The notes under the pieces are model-generated. The model saw nothing but the letters and a program-made list of their open reading frames with translations, was not told where the DNA came from and made no database searches. A stretch of 64,000 bases of DNA from Anaeramoeba ignava BMAN. Its lineage: Eukaryota; Protista; Anaeramoebae. Of this stretch, positions 43,595 to 59,429 are shown piece after piece. The stretch spans positions 310,001-374,000 of the forward strand of contig JAPDFW010000066.1 in the NCBI GenBank assembly GCA_028826165.1. The letters run 5' to 3'. Both the position numbers and the translations under genes were made by a program. The stretch's first letter is position 1, and the number at the start of each line of letters is the position of its first letter.

Positions 43595-44516
43595 ATGAAT
43601 TGGAGTTATTCTGGTTTATTAACACTTGCAATTTTCTCAGTTCTTTTTATTTTTGTTCCAACTATTATTGCATCAATTTATACTTCTAAATATCAAAATG
43701 AAACTTGTGATAAAGATATTTTATTGTAAAAATTGGAATAAAATTTTTAAAAAGAAAAAGAAAAAGAAAAAGAAAAAGAAAAATTATTTATTATTTTGTT
43801 GCTTTTTTTTTGAATAAAAAAAGATGGCTTTTTATAACAGAAATTATTATAGGAGTTTCAAGTGCAATTTTTATTTTTATATTTTTTAAAATGTTATTCA
43901 CAATTTCGAAACAAAAAAGAGGATTAATGGATGAAATTAATCAAAATTTTTGGTTTAAAGAAAAACGGATGATAATTGAAAAGTAAATTAAAAAATTTAA
44001 ATTAAAAAATTTAAATTAAAAAATCCAAATTAAAAAATTTTAAATTAAAAAATCTAAATTAAAAAATTCCAAATTAAAAAATTCAATTAAAAAATTTAAA
44101 TTAAAAAATCCAAATTAAAAAATCCAAATTAAAAAATTCCATTAAAAAATTCCAAATTAAAAAATTCAAATTAAAAAATCCAAAAAGTGAAACTCCAACT
44201 ATTGTTGTTTTATCATTAAAAGCTCTTAAAATGATTTTCTTTTTTTTCTGTGTTTGGTTTATTTTAGGGAATTTTTGGTTTTTTGGTTCTTCAAATTGTG
44301 TAAAAAAATGTCAAATTAAAAAATTAAAAATGTCAAATTAAAAATTAAAAATTTAAAAATTTTTTGCTTTTTTTTTTTAAATAGAAAAATGATGCTCCAA
44401 ATCTTTATAAATTAACTAAAGTTGTAATTTTGGTTTTATGGTCTTTTCCAGGAATTTATTGCACTTATCAATGCATTTTTCAATGTTTTCATTTTTGTTG
44501 TGAAGAAATTTATTAA
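43595..44516 (+). CDS. Small 4-TM protein resembling the membrane domain of TM-RING E3 ligases/TMEM272, with no RING (exons 43595-43725, 43824-43982, 44188-44299, 44385-44516)
   Basis: Spliced product contains CDKDILLWL, WFILGNFWFFGSSNC and DAPNLYKL, and ends in Cys-rich CFHFCCEEIY*. Confidence 0.75.
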
Positions 44517-44783
44517 TTTTGACAGTTTTTTTTTTATTTTTTATTTTGAACTAATCAAAAAAATTTGGAATTAAGAATTAAGAATTAAAAATTAAAAATT
44601 AAAAATTAAAAATTGGAAGTTATCAATTAACAAGATTTATAAGTTTTTCTTTTTAAAATTTTCTTTCTTTTTTTTTTTAATTTTGAATTTAAATTCAAAA
44701 AGAAAAAAATTTCAAAATAAAATCTTGTTAAAAATTAAAAGAATTTTTTTTTTTGTAATAAATTTGAAAATGAGAAAATTTAT

Positions 44784-47700
44784 TCAAGAAAGTTTTGTTA
44801 AAGCTTGTTTAGCAAAAAATTCAACATCAGAATCTGAATCTTTTGAAAGTTTAAGAAGAGCACTTTTAATATCTCCTTGAATTGTATTTTCTTCAAGATA
44901 AGGAATGAGTTTTTGAAGTGATTTTGCAAGGAAAATTCGAACATTTGGTATTTCATCATCTTTCAGTTTCATAATAACTGGAAGAACTTGTTTTGTTAAT
45001 GAATCAGTTCCTATTTCAGGTGCAACTTCCTTTTTTAATTTTGAATTTGAATTTGGATTTTAATTTTAATTTTAATTTTAATTTTAATTTAAATTTTAAT
45101 TTTGAATTTTGAATTTGAATTTTGATTTTAATTTTAATTTTAATTTTGAATTTTAATTTTGAATTTTAATTTTGATTTTAATTTTAATTTTAATTTGAAT
45201 TTTATTTTGAATTTTAATTTTAATTTGAATTTTAATTTTAATTTTAAATTTTAATTTTAATTTTAATTTTGATTTGAATTTGAATTATTTTGAATTTGAA
45301 TTTGAATTTTGATTTTAATTTTGAATTTGAATTTGAATTATTTTGAATTTGAATTTGAATTTTGAATTATTTTGAATTTGAATTTGAATTTTTAATTTTA
45401 ATTTTAATTTTAATTTTAATTTTAATTTTAATTTTATAAATGAATTTTTAATTTTAAATTTGAATTTTGATTTTAATTTTAATTTTAATTTTAATTTTAA
45501 TTTTAATTTTAATTTGTTTTTAATTTTAATTTTGAATTTTATTTTGATTTTAATTTGATTTTAATTTGAATTTGAATTGAATTTGAATTTGAATTTGAAT
45601 TAAATTTGAATTTGAATTTGAATTTTAATTTTGAATTTAAATTTGAATTTTAATTTTGATTTTAATTTTAATTTTAATTTTAATTTGTTTTTAATTTTAA
45701 TTTGAATTTTAATTTTAATTTTAATTTTAATTTTAATTTTAATTTTAATTTTAATTTTAATTTTGATTTTAATTTTGAATTTTAATTTCGAATTTTAATT
45801 TCGAATTTTAATTTGTTTTTAATTTCAATTTAAATTTCATTTCCTTTTTAAAAATCTGTTTACAGTAAAAGTATAAACTGCAATTTGTCTAATCAAATAA
45901 TTTTTGTTTTTCAATAAGAAAATAATTCTTGATAAAATCTTTCCTTGAAACCAATCTACATGAAATACAGAGGTAAGTTTTTTCAATGATTTAGCAGCAG
46001 CTTCTCTAACTTTAGAAACTGAATCACTGAGCCAAACAATCCACAATTCAGTAAAACTATTATCAAAATTTTCGACTCCCTAAAAGGAAAATAAACAAGA
46101 AAAATTGGACTCATTTTTTTGTTCTGATGATTTGAAAAGAATTATAATTGTTTGCTAAATAAATTTACAAGTTGAATTGCAAAATTTGTCATAAAATCAA
46201 TTATGGATTCTCTGACTCTCCAATAAGGATTGTCAGAATTTTCAACAACATTTGGTAAGATGTCGCTTATAAAAGAATTTGCACCCATGATACGAGCAAC
46301 AATCTCTAAATGTTTAAATAGATTAATCTTCAATTCAGGGATTTCTTCTGACATCAATCCATTCAATATCGGGGTTAGTTTGGAAATTGTTTGTTCTTTT
46401 CCAATTATTGGTGATAATAAAGGTATTGAAATTCCAAGCGAAACTGTTTATTGTTTTAAATCAAATCAAAATGTTAATTGTTATATTTTTGTTTTTTGTT
46501 TCGGTTCTTTTTGTGTTGTTTTTGTTTGTGTTTTGATTTTTCACTTTTGACTTCTTTAGATAAATCTTTTGTTAATTTTTCAATTTCTGGGATTAATTGT
46601 TCTAAAATAATTTCTGGAAATATTCTGATTAGTGATGAAAATTCTGCTATTTTTAATGCTGTATTTGCACGGATTTCAGTTTCTGGATCTTGAAGTAAAT
46701 GTATGAATTCTGGAACAAGATAATCTTTTGTGATTGCTGGTCCCACTGTTATGCACAACTTTTTGATATGAAATTTTTAATTTTAATTTTAATTTGAATT
46801 TAAATTCAAATATAATTTTAATTTTAATTTTAATTTTAATTTTAATATTAATATTAATTTTAAATATAATTTTAAATTCAAATATTAAATTCAAATATTA
46901 ATTTCAATTTAAATTTTAATTTTAAATTCAAATATAATTTTAATTTAATTTTAATTTTGATTTTAATTTTAATTTCAAATATAATTTTAATTTTAATTTT
47001 AATTTTAATTTTAATTTTAATATTAAATTTAATTTTAATTTTAATTTTAATTTTAATTTTAATTTTAATTTTAATATTAAATTCAAATATAATTTTAATT
47101 TTAATTTTAATTTTAATTTTAATATTAATTTTAATATTAAATTTAATTTTAATTTTAATTTTAAATTTGAATTTTAAATTTTAAATTTTAATTTTTAATT
47201 TTAATTTTAATTTTAAATTTAATTTTAAATTTATAAATTTTAATTTTTAATTTTAATTTTAATTTATTCGAATTAATAAAAGTACTCGACAAAGATTTTC
47301 TGTTGAAGTTTGGCGAACTCTCCAAGATTTATCATGAACACATTTGCTGTAAACAGGAATAATATAAGTTAAAATTTCTTCTTCAGTTTGAAAAATATTT
47401 GATAATTCAACACAATTATTAACAGCAAAAACTCTAACAAGATCATTAGAATCATTTGAAAGTGATATAAAAAGTGGAACTATTTCAGTTACAAGATATT
47501 CTCTTTCTATTGTTGAAACAACAGACTAAAACATTGTATTTTTTTGAATTGATTTTTTTAATTGATTTTTTGAATTGATTTTTTTTAAATTGATTTTTTG
47601 AATTGATTTTTTTTAATTGATTTTTTTTGAATTGATTTTTTTTTAATTGAATTTTTTAAATTGATTTTTTTTGAATTGATTTTTTGAATTGATTTTTTAC

Positions 47701-49090
47701 TGATAAACTTTTTGCTGCTTCTTTTCTGACAATTGAATTTTCATCTGAGCATAATTGCCCAAAAATTCTTTAATTTTAATTTTAAATTTTAATTTTAGAT
47801 TTTAAATTTTTAATTTTTAATTTTAATTTTTAAATTTTAAAATGTACTTTCTCATTTCAATTTTTGATTTTTCTTCAACACTTGCATAAGTAACTGAAAA
47901 TAATCTACAAGCAGAAGATCTTGATGTAAACCATTCACTTGATGATAAATCCATAAAAATAGGAAGTAAATGATCTTGAATTTGATCTTCATCAAGTTCA
48001 CGAGAAATAGAAAGAATAGATTGAATACACTTTTAATTTTAATTTTAATTTTAATTTAAATTTTAATTTTAATTTTAATTTTAATTTTAATTTTAATTTA
48101 AATTTTGATTTTAATTTTAATTTTAATTTTAAATTTTAATTTTAATTTTAATTTTAATTTTAATTTTATAAATTAATTTTGATTTTAATTTTAATTTTAA
48201 TTTAAATTTTAATTTTAATTTTAATTTTATAAATAAATTACTTTTTCTCGAACAACACTATCTTCAACTGAAGCAAGAGTTTGTAAAGGAGGTAAAATTG
48301 TATGCGCATATTCACTTCCACCAACATATTCAATTAAATTACCAAGTTCTTCAGCTAATAATAATAAAGCATCATGTTCTTCATCAATTGCCTCTGAAAA
48401 ATTTTAATTTTAATTTTGATTTCAATTTTAATTTTAATTTTAATTTTGATTTAAATTTTGATTTTAATTTTAATTTTAATTTTAATTTTAATTTTAATTT
48501 TGATTTTAATTTTAATTTTAATTTTAATTTTAATTTTAATTTTGATTTTAATTTTGATTTTTAATTTTAATTTTAATTTTAATTTTAATTTTAATTTTAA
48601 TTTTAATTTTAATTTTAATTTTAATTTTAATTTTGATTTTAATTTTAATTTCAAATTTTGATTTTGATTTTAATTTTAATTTTAATTTTAATTTTGATTT
48701 TTATTTTTAATTTTAATTTTGATTTTTAATTTTAATTTTAATTTTAATTTGATTTTGATTTTGATTTTAATTTTAATTTAAAATTTTTAAATTTTAATTT
48801 TAATTTTAATTTTAATTTTAATTTTAATTTTAATTTTGATTTTAATTTTAAATTAAAAATTACCTGTTAAAAAAGGAATTAATTCATTTCGTGTTCTTTC
48901 TTGTCCAATAGCTTGTGCAATTTCTGAAATTTGACTTAATGCATTTAATCTTAATTGAATATCTTCATTCTTTAATTCTTGAACAAGAACTTGAATTGGA
49001 TCATTTATTTCATTTGAATCTATTTTTTTATGATTATTTTTATAATTATTTTTATAATTATTTTTATTTGTTTTTAAAATAAATACCCAT
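44784..49090 (-). CDS. PPP2R1A: PP2A scaffold subunit A (HEAT repeats), 10 exons, 4-nt first coding exon
   Basis: ATGG|ATTCA gives [27 protein letters not shown]. Also [33 protein letters not shown] and [10 protein letters not shown]. Confidence 0.95.
45030..45830. repeat. Intronic (TTTTAA/TTTGAA)n arrays in PP2A-A
   Basis: Similar arrays at ~46770-47260, 47540-47700, 48030-48230 and 48400-48850. Confidence 0.85.
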
Positions 49091-49302
49091 TTTAAAAAAA
49101 TTAAAAATTAAAAAATTAAAAAGAAAGAAAAAAATGAAAAAAAAATTAATTTAAAAAAATTTTTATTTTTTAAAAAGGAAACAAAAAAAAGCAAAAAAGA
49201 AATTGAAACAAAAATCTAATTTAAAAATTTTTCTAAAACAAAAAAAAAAAAAAGAAAAATCAATCTTAATTTACCAAAAAATAAACTAAATAAAAAAAAT
49301 AA

Positions 49303-51030
<1,728 letters not shown>

Positions 51031-51656
51031 TTTTATATTAAAGATTTCAAAAAAAACAAAAACAAAAACAAAAACAAAAAATGAAGAAGAAACAAAAAAA
51101 AATGAAAGAAAAAAATGATTAAAAAAAAATTTTTTTTAATGATCAATTTAAATTAAGATCTTTTTGCTAGATATTATTTTAATTTAATTAATTTATAACT
51201 AATTTAATTTATTTATTTATTTGGGGGTTTGAAACCAATTTTTTAATTAAAAAAAAAATTTTCAATTTGATCTTTAATTGATTAAATTAAAATGATGACT
51301 GTTCAAATTAAATTATCAAAAAATAAAATAATTAAAAATCTTACCTAAACAATGACATTTAAAATTAAAAAAATTAAAAAAAATAAATTTAAATAATGAA
51401 ACCAATCAAAAATCTGACTTCGACATTTAATTTAAGATTTAAATTAAATTTTAATTAAATAAATAAAAAATCTGAACGAAGCATTTTTAATTAATTTATC
51501 TTTTTAAAATTAGAAATTAAAAAGAAAATATTGTTTTGGGAACGAAACTTTTATTAAAATTCTTTTTTTTTTGAAGAAAAAAAGAAAAGAAGAAAAGAAA
51601 AATTGTCTAAATTAAAGAAAGAAGAAAGAAATTAAATTGAATTGAATTAATTTGAA

Positions 51657-54600
51657 TTAATTTGTTTTATTTTCTTTGATTTCTTGATTTTCTTTGATTT
51701 CTTGATTTTCTACTTCAGATTTAAAAGCTAAATCAAAAATAAATTTCTCTGAACATTTTTTCTTATAAACTTCAGCTTCTTTTTCATCAACTAACATAAT
51801 TTCTTTTAAAACTTCAGAACAAATTGCATTTTTTCTTTTATTTCCTGCAATAAAATCATCTTCTAATTGAGAAACCATTTGAACTGCTTGACTTTTATCT
51901 TCTCCTAAAAGAAGCATAACTTTAAAAACTAAAAGAATTGAAAGAAAATTTAAGTTTTGATAAAAAAATTATTTTTTTTTAATAATATTTACCAACTAAA
52001 CGATGTGGAATGGATTTAGAAAATGCTTTCAAATATTCTTGATTGTAACTGGAATGATCTTCAATTTTAAATTCTTTTTTAACTTCATTAATAATTGATT
52101 CATCAGCTTTTAAATGTAAAAAATTTAAAAATAAAAATTTAAGAAGAAAAAAAAGAATAAATTAAAAATAACCTTTTAATATCAATCTAAATTTGTTAAG
52201 ATGATTTCGAGGATTATTTGGATCAAGTTGAATAGCTTTTTTTAAAGCATTAAAAGCATTCACAAAATCTAATTTACGAAGATAAACTTCAAATGCTAAT
52301 AAATGAGTTTCAATAAATCTATCAGCAGATTTTTCTAATATTTGAACATATTTAAGAGCTTCATCAAGTGATTTTTCAATCTATTTTCAAAATAAATAAT
52401 TAAATCATTTCATTTCATTTCAATTTCAATTTCATGTTTTTGGAAAAAAATTTTTTTTTTACATTCATTAATTTTAATCCATCTGGATCATCATCTGATT
52501 CTGTTTTCTTTGTTTCTTGAAATTTTTTCGCTCTCTGACGATCTTTTTCACTTTTACTTAATTTTTTCTTTTCAACATTAACATCATCAGTAACATCTTC
52601 ATCTTTTATATTTTCTTGATCTTTATCTTTCTCGTTATCTTTTTGATTATCTTTATCTTTTTCATTTTCATTAATTTTATTTTTTTCAGATTCAGATTCT
52701 TTGATTTTTTTATATTTCTCAGGTTGATCAAATAATCGAAGATAACACTATAAAAAAAAATTAATTTGTTTTTTTTTTTAAAAAATTCAAATTCAAAATC
52801 AAAAATTCAAAAAAAAATTTACTTCAATTAATCCTTTAGAAGCAGTTCTATAAAAATGATGAGCAAATAAACCTTCTTGATATCTAAGCATTCTAATATA
52901 ATTTGGAATTGTATTATTTCTCATTGAAAACATATAGAAATCATATTTATCATGACTAATCTGGATGTAATGTTTGGAAACTGATTCAAACATTTTCAAA
53001 GCTTTTCCGATATTGCCAAGTTTAAGTTCAGCTTTTCCCAATTCATTTTCATACCAAGAAGATTGAACATCTTTTAAATTTGAATAACCACTTCCATCCT
53101 TTTTAAAGAAATAAAAATTAAAATAAAATTAAAATTAAAAATAAAATTAAATTAAAATTATTTACTCTTGTAAATAATGTTATAACTTCATCTGCCTTTT
53201 CTATTTGACTATCACGAAGTAAATATTTAACAGATTCTGTGTTGATATCACGATCTGCTAAATCCATGAGTCTTGCTTGTTCAAGTAATTCACTAGCTTT
53301 ATGACTATCTCCAGCATGCTATAAAAAAAAATTGAAAAAAATTTGAAAAAATTTGAAATGAAATAAAAATTTGAAAAAAATTTGAAAAAATTTGAAATGA
53401 AATAAAAAATTTACTTTGAAAATTCTTCCTTTCAATGAATATGCATCGAGAACTGTTGGTGTATGATTTATTGCTTTGTCAATAAACTCAAAAGCTTTTG
53501 GGAAATCTTCCAAATAATCATAATGTTGAGATAGGAAAAAAGTAATCCAAAAAAAAGCAGCTTTTGATTCATCACCATTTTCTTGATCTTCTAGATTTTT
53601 ATTTTCAGATAACGATTTAAGAAAACCAAGAAAAATATCCTCAATTTGTTTTGCTTTTTTTTCATCTGAATAAATTTGTTTTAAAGTTTGAAAAAGAGAA
53701 GGAACTCCTTTTCTTAATTGAGGAATAACATATTTTTTTAATCGAAGAATAAATTCTTCATCTTTATTATAAAGTAATTGATAATAAGGAATTGCATATG
53801 AAAATTTGTGTTTTTGAGATAATTCATCAAATAAAGTATTTAATTTTTTGATAGATTCTTCAGGAAGATCTAAAAAAGATGAAAATATTTAAATTTTTAA
53901 TTTTTAATTTTAATTTTTAATTTTATAAATAAATTTTGAAATTTTTGTAAAATATTTACTTTCTAAAGATTCAATTCCCAAACTTTGATGTAATAATTTC
54001 AAATAACCCATATTTTCTGAATTTGTTTCAAGTAATTGAAGGATTATTTTATGAGCATCTTGTAATTTGTTTAATTTCATTAAATAAAAAACGCATTTTT
54101 CATTCCAAATAGTTTTATCAGTAACAAAAGAGCGAATTGTATATAAATGTTGCAATCCTTCTTGATATTTTCCACTTTCTTCAATGATTAGATTTTGATA
54201 TAAAGCCAATTCACTTTTTTCATAATGTGGGAATTTTTCATCTTTTTTTTGACTTGTAACTAAACTTGTGTAACTTTTAAGTGTATTAATTGCTGTTTCA
54301 TAATCTCCTGTTAAATGATTTGCGATTGCGAATGAGATCCAACTTCTTTTCTCAGTTGGTTTTGCTTTAAGTAAGGTTTCTCGACTTTCTTTATTTCCTT
54401 GATAATCTCCGACTTGCATTTGAACTGTTGATAAGTCATTGATAATGTTTAAGTTATTCTATTTCAAGAAAAAAAAGGAATTGATTTTTTAAATATTTTT
54501 TTTAAATATTTTTATTAAATTATTTTTATTAAATTATTTCTTAAATATTTTTATTAAATTATTTCAATATTTTTATTAAATTATTTAAATATTTTTATTA

Positions 54601-55838
54601 AATTATTTCTTTAAATATTTTTATTAAATTATTTCAATTAAATTTTTATCAAATTATTTTTTTTCAATATTTTTATTAAATTATTTCAATATTTTTATTA
54701 AATTATTTTATTAAATTATTTCAATATTTTTATTAAATTATTTTTATTAAATTATTTTAATATTTTTATTAAATTATTTCTTAAATATTTTTATTAAACT
54801 TTTTAAATATTTTTATTAAATTACTTTTTAAATATTTTTATTAAATTATTTCATTAATATTTTTATTAAATTTCTTTCAATATTTTTATTAAATTATTTC
54901 TTGTAATATTTTTATTAAATTATTTTTTAAATATTTTTATTAAATTATTTTTTAAATATTTTTATTAAATTATTTTTATTAAATTATTTTATTAAATATT
55001 TTTATTAAATTATTTTTTTTCAATATTTTTATTAAATTATTTCTTAAATATTTTTATTAAATTTCTTTCAATATTTTTATTAAATTATTTCTTTCAATAT
55101 TTTTATTAAATTATTTCTTAAATATATTTATTAAATTATTTCTTAAATATTTTTATTAAATTATTTATTCATACAGGTTCATGTCTAAGTGAGTTTTTAT
55201 AACATTTAATAGCTTCAACAAAATTTCCATGTTGTCTATTCAAAATACCATAAATTTGCCAACCTATTAATAAAAAAAAATCAAATAGAATTAATTAATT
55301 AAATTAATAAAAAAAATTCAAATAGAATTAATTAATAAATTAAATTAATAAAAAAAATTCAAATAGAATTAATTAATAAATTAAATTAATAAAAATTCAA
55401 TCATACAAAAAAATTTGTTGAAATGTTCTTTTCTCTTTACACCTTTTCTTGCAGAGATTAAATCCCTTTTATGATTTAATGAACCAAGTAATAAACCCCT
55501 TTAATGATAAGGTTTCTTTTTTTAGATTTTTGAATTAATAAAAATAAATATTCATTAGAATATTTTTGAAAAATATAAAAATTAAATAAAAATATATTTA
55601 ATAATTAAAGCATTGACTTTTTAATTAAATTTTTAAGATTTTGATTTTCATCAATTTCTAATCCTTTTTCACTTATTCATTAAATCATCAAGAAATTCTT
55701 TTTGATTGTTTAATTTTTAATTTTTATAAAATTTTGCTTTTATTTAAGAAAAATTTTTCATTTTTAATAAACAAACTAAAATTTGTTGAAATGTTTAAAT
55801 TTTATTCATTTTTGTTAACTTTTTTTTTTTGGTGGCAT
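51657..55838 (-). CDS. NAA15: NatA auxiliary subunit NAA15/NAT1 (first exons garbled)
   Basis: CWQIYG, YEKSELALY, KGVPSLFQTLK, AINHTPTVLDAY, MDLADRDIN, DKYDFY and DDPDG. ATG CCA CCA AAA at 55838; 55420-55830 has broken frames. Confidence 0.9.
54490..55150. repeat. Intronic ~24-28 bp (AATATTTTTATTAAATTATTTC..)n minisatellite
   Basis: Fills one NAA15 intron. Confidence 0.85.
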
Positions 55839-56540
55839 TTAAATTAAAATTTTTTTAAAAAAAATGGAAAAATGAAAATGAAAAATGAAAAAAAAAAATT
55901 TTTAAATAAATTAAATAAAGAAAAACCAAATCACTTTTTAAAAATTACCAATTAATCAATTTTAATTTATTTTTAATTAAATTTATTTCATTTTTCAATT
56001 AAATTAATTAATAATTTACTTATAAAATTCATCAATTAAATCTAATTAAATTTATTCCACTTTTTTTTAATTAAATTAATTAATAATTTTTTTAAAATCA
56101 AAATTTTATTATTTTTTAAATAATTTATTTTTATAAAAATTTAAATCAATTAAATAAAATTAAATTTTAAAATTCATCAATTTTTAATTAATTTTTAATC
56201 AAATTTATTAATAATTTATTTATAAAATTCATCAATTAAATATAATTAAATTTATTCCACTTTTTTTAATTAATTTAATTAATAATTTATTTATAAAATT
56301 CATCAATTAAATATAATTAAATTTATTCCACTTTTTTTAATTAATTTTAATTAAATTTATTCCATTTTTTTTTAATTAAATTTAATTAATTTATTCCATT
56401 TTTTTTCAATTAAATTTAATTTAAATCTTTAATTTAAATCTATTCAAAATCTATTCCAGTTTTTTTTTTTCTTTTTTTATTCTTTTTTTTGAAATTTTTT
56501 GAAAAAGAAAAATAGAAAAAAAAAATGCCACTTTGTTTTT

Positions 56541-59376
56541 TTATTGATTTCGAGGTAAAATTGAATAAGGAAATTCACAATCGACTTCATAAACAAAAGA
56601 ACCAACAGGTAAATTTAAAAAGTTCCTTTCCTAAAAATGATTAAAAATGATTAATTTAAAAATGATTAAAAATGATTAATTTAAAAATAATTTAAAAATA
56701 ATTTAAAAATAATTTACATTTGAAATTTTAATATTTTGAACACTTGTAACTTTTCCAATAACAAATTTAGGAAGAGTTTCTTCAAGAGAACGTAATTTTC
56801 TTGCAGATTTTGAAGAAAGAATAACTAATTTATCAGGAGTAGAATAAAAACCAGTTTTTAAAATGAATAAAATATGATCTTCTTCTTTTGGCTTTTTTGA
56901 AGAATCTTGACTATTCAATTTATGCGAATTTGATCTTTTCTTTTTTGATTTGCTTTTCTTTTTTCTTTTACTTGAATTTTTGCTTGTTTCATTTTTAATT
57001 TTTTCAAGTTCATTTTTTAAAATTTCTTTTTCTTGTTCTGTATGTTTTAAAATTTGTTTTTGAGCTTCTTTTTCTTTTAAAAGAATTTGAATTTGTTCTG
57101 ATAAGTTGCTCATTGTTGATTGCTTAGAAATAAATTCTTGATTGTATTCTTCAATTTCTTGTTCTAGTTTGGCTTTTTCTTTGATTAAATTTTCTTCTTT
57201 TTGTTGGAATTCTTTTTCTTTTTCTTCCATTTTATTTGCTATTGAATTAATATTTAAATTTTCATCATTTTCCTTATTTTCTTCTTGTTTTAGATTATTA
57301 ATTGAATTTGAGTTTGAGTTTGAATTTTTTTGGTTTTCATTAGAAAATAAATGAAGTGATTCAACTAAATTATTTTGTGAATTTGCTTCACTTATAGTTG
57401 TTTCTTCTTGTGAATCCGAGAAGTCCATTATTAATGAATTTGATTTTGATTCTTCATTCGTTTGGTTTTGGTCTTTAACCAAGCAACGAAGTAATTTTGG
57501 ATTAACAACATCTTTTTTTTTTTTGAATTATTTTTAAATTGTTTAAAAATTTTTAAATTTGTTTTTAAATTTGTTTTAAGTTCTAAAATTAACCTTGAAT
57601 ATCAGATAAATAAATCGATATTTGATTGGGATTATTTTCTTGAACAGGAATCACAGAAAAAGATAAATTATTTGCCAACATATTCACAAACTCTTTGGGT
57701 AAATAAGAAGATATCCCATTTTTAAAATACTCTCTTCTTTCAAGTTCAAGTTTAAAATTTTCCACAAAAGAATTGATTCCATTTTGGAAAGTTTCTTCAA
57801 TATCAGTTCTATTGACAAGTTCTACAAGAAAACTTTCATAACTTGATCGAAAATATTTAACTAATTTAATCCTTTCATATAAAAATTGTTCTTCATGCAC
57901 TTTTTTTCCAATTGAAACAAATAATTCTTTAATTTTCTTGCGAAATTCAACCAATTTTCCTGAAATTTGATATAATTTTTCATGAATAAATTGGGATAAT
58001 TTTTCTGAATTAACCAGAAATTTCTCAAAAACATTTGAAATCATTCTGTTTGCTTCAATGCTTGAAATTAACTTGTTTTGATTTGATAGAATTTCTGGTA
58101 AATTTTCGTGTGGAATTTCTTTTCCATTCAAAATTTCAAAAAGGATTTTTTTATTTTCTGATTGAACTTTTTGTAATTCAATTAATTGCTTAAAAAGTAA
58201 GTGAGGAAATGTAGCTTGAATACTTTTAAAAGATTTAAAATAATTAAGTGCACTTGCATCAAGTGTTGAAAAAACCGTTGAGACTTGTTCTTGACTCTTA
58301 TCAATTTGATATAGAGCTTTAATATTAATTTTCCAAATTTCCTTTAAATTATTAATAAAATTTTCCAATTCCTTAAAATTGTCTTGATTTTCCTCAATTA
58401 TTTTCGTTATTTCTTCAGATTTCTCTTTGAATTCCTCAACCAATTGATTAAATTCATCTTGATGATAATCATATAATGTTTTTTTGTCTGGATTTTTTTC
58501 TAATAAACTACTAATAATTGGACAATTTTTTAAATCTTCAAATTTCTTTTGATATTTTGCTAATTTATCGGTGTAACTTTTCCTCTTCGTAATCTTCTTC
58601 AAATATTCTAGTTTCCCAACAAAATGTCTCAATGTAACCATATAAGCATTTTGTAATGAGAGAATCAAGTTATTTGGTATTTCTAGTTTGCTAAGATTTG
58701 TCTGTAAATTTTTTATATGGAAATCTAGTTTATTTTTGTTTTCTTGGAATTTTTTATAATATTGCAAATAATTCTCAGGAATTTGATCTTCTTGTGTGTC
58801 TTCTTCTTGATTTGTTAATTAATTATCCATTCAAAATTATTTCCAATTTTGAAAAAAAAATTTAATAAAAAAATTTAATAAAAAAATTTAATAAAAAAAT
58901 TTGCTTTATATTTTTTTACTTTCTTCTTTGATTTCAAAATCTGTTCTTTTTGTTTTGGAAAGATATTCTGTAATTGAACTGAATTTACTTTTATCTGCAT
59001 CATAACAAAAAATAAGGTTTTTTTCCTAATTTTTAATTCAAAAAAAAATTGTGTTTTTTTTTTTATTAAAAATATTTTGATTTATTTTTAGAAAAATTAA
59101 ATTAAGAAATTACTTCTTCTTTTAAATGTTTTGTAATCTGTGAATCATTTAAAAGTTCTTTTGAATTGCAATAAAGGATTAATTTATTATCAGGAATTCC
59201 AGTAAATAAACTTAATTGATTTTTTAAATTTGAAACTCTTTTTTATTTTTTAAATTTTTTCAATTTAAGTTCTTATTTTATTATTATAATTATTATTATT
59301 ATTATAATTACTTTTCTTCTGATTTTATTTTTTCCGAAATTTTTTTCCCAATATCAGTAATAATTGTAATTTCCAT
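56541..59376 (-). CDS. ATG11: ATG11/RB1CC1(FIP200)-like autophagy scaffold, 6 exons
   Basis: N-terminal ubiquitin-like segment (VSNLKNQLSLFTGIPDNKLIL), helical/coiled-coil middle, and C-terminal Claw-like FVIGKVTSVQ...NFLNLPVGSFVYEV. Confidence 0.75.
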
Positions 59377-59429
59377 TTTGGACAAAAAACAAAAGAAAAT
59401 AAAAAAATGAAATTTAAAAAAATGAAAAA

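Noticed and set aside
51292-51417. Box C/D snoRNA (ATGATGA...CTGA)
   Set aside because: No terminal stem or recognisable rRNA guide. TGATGAC recurs upstream of other genes and is better read as a promoter motif.
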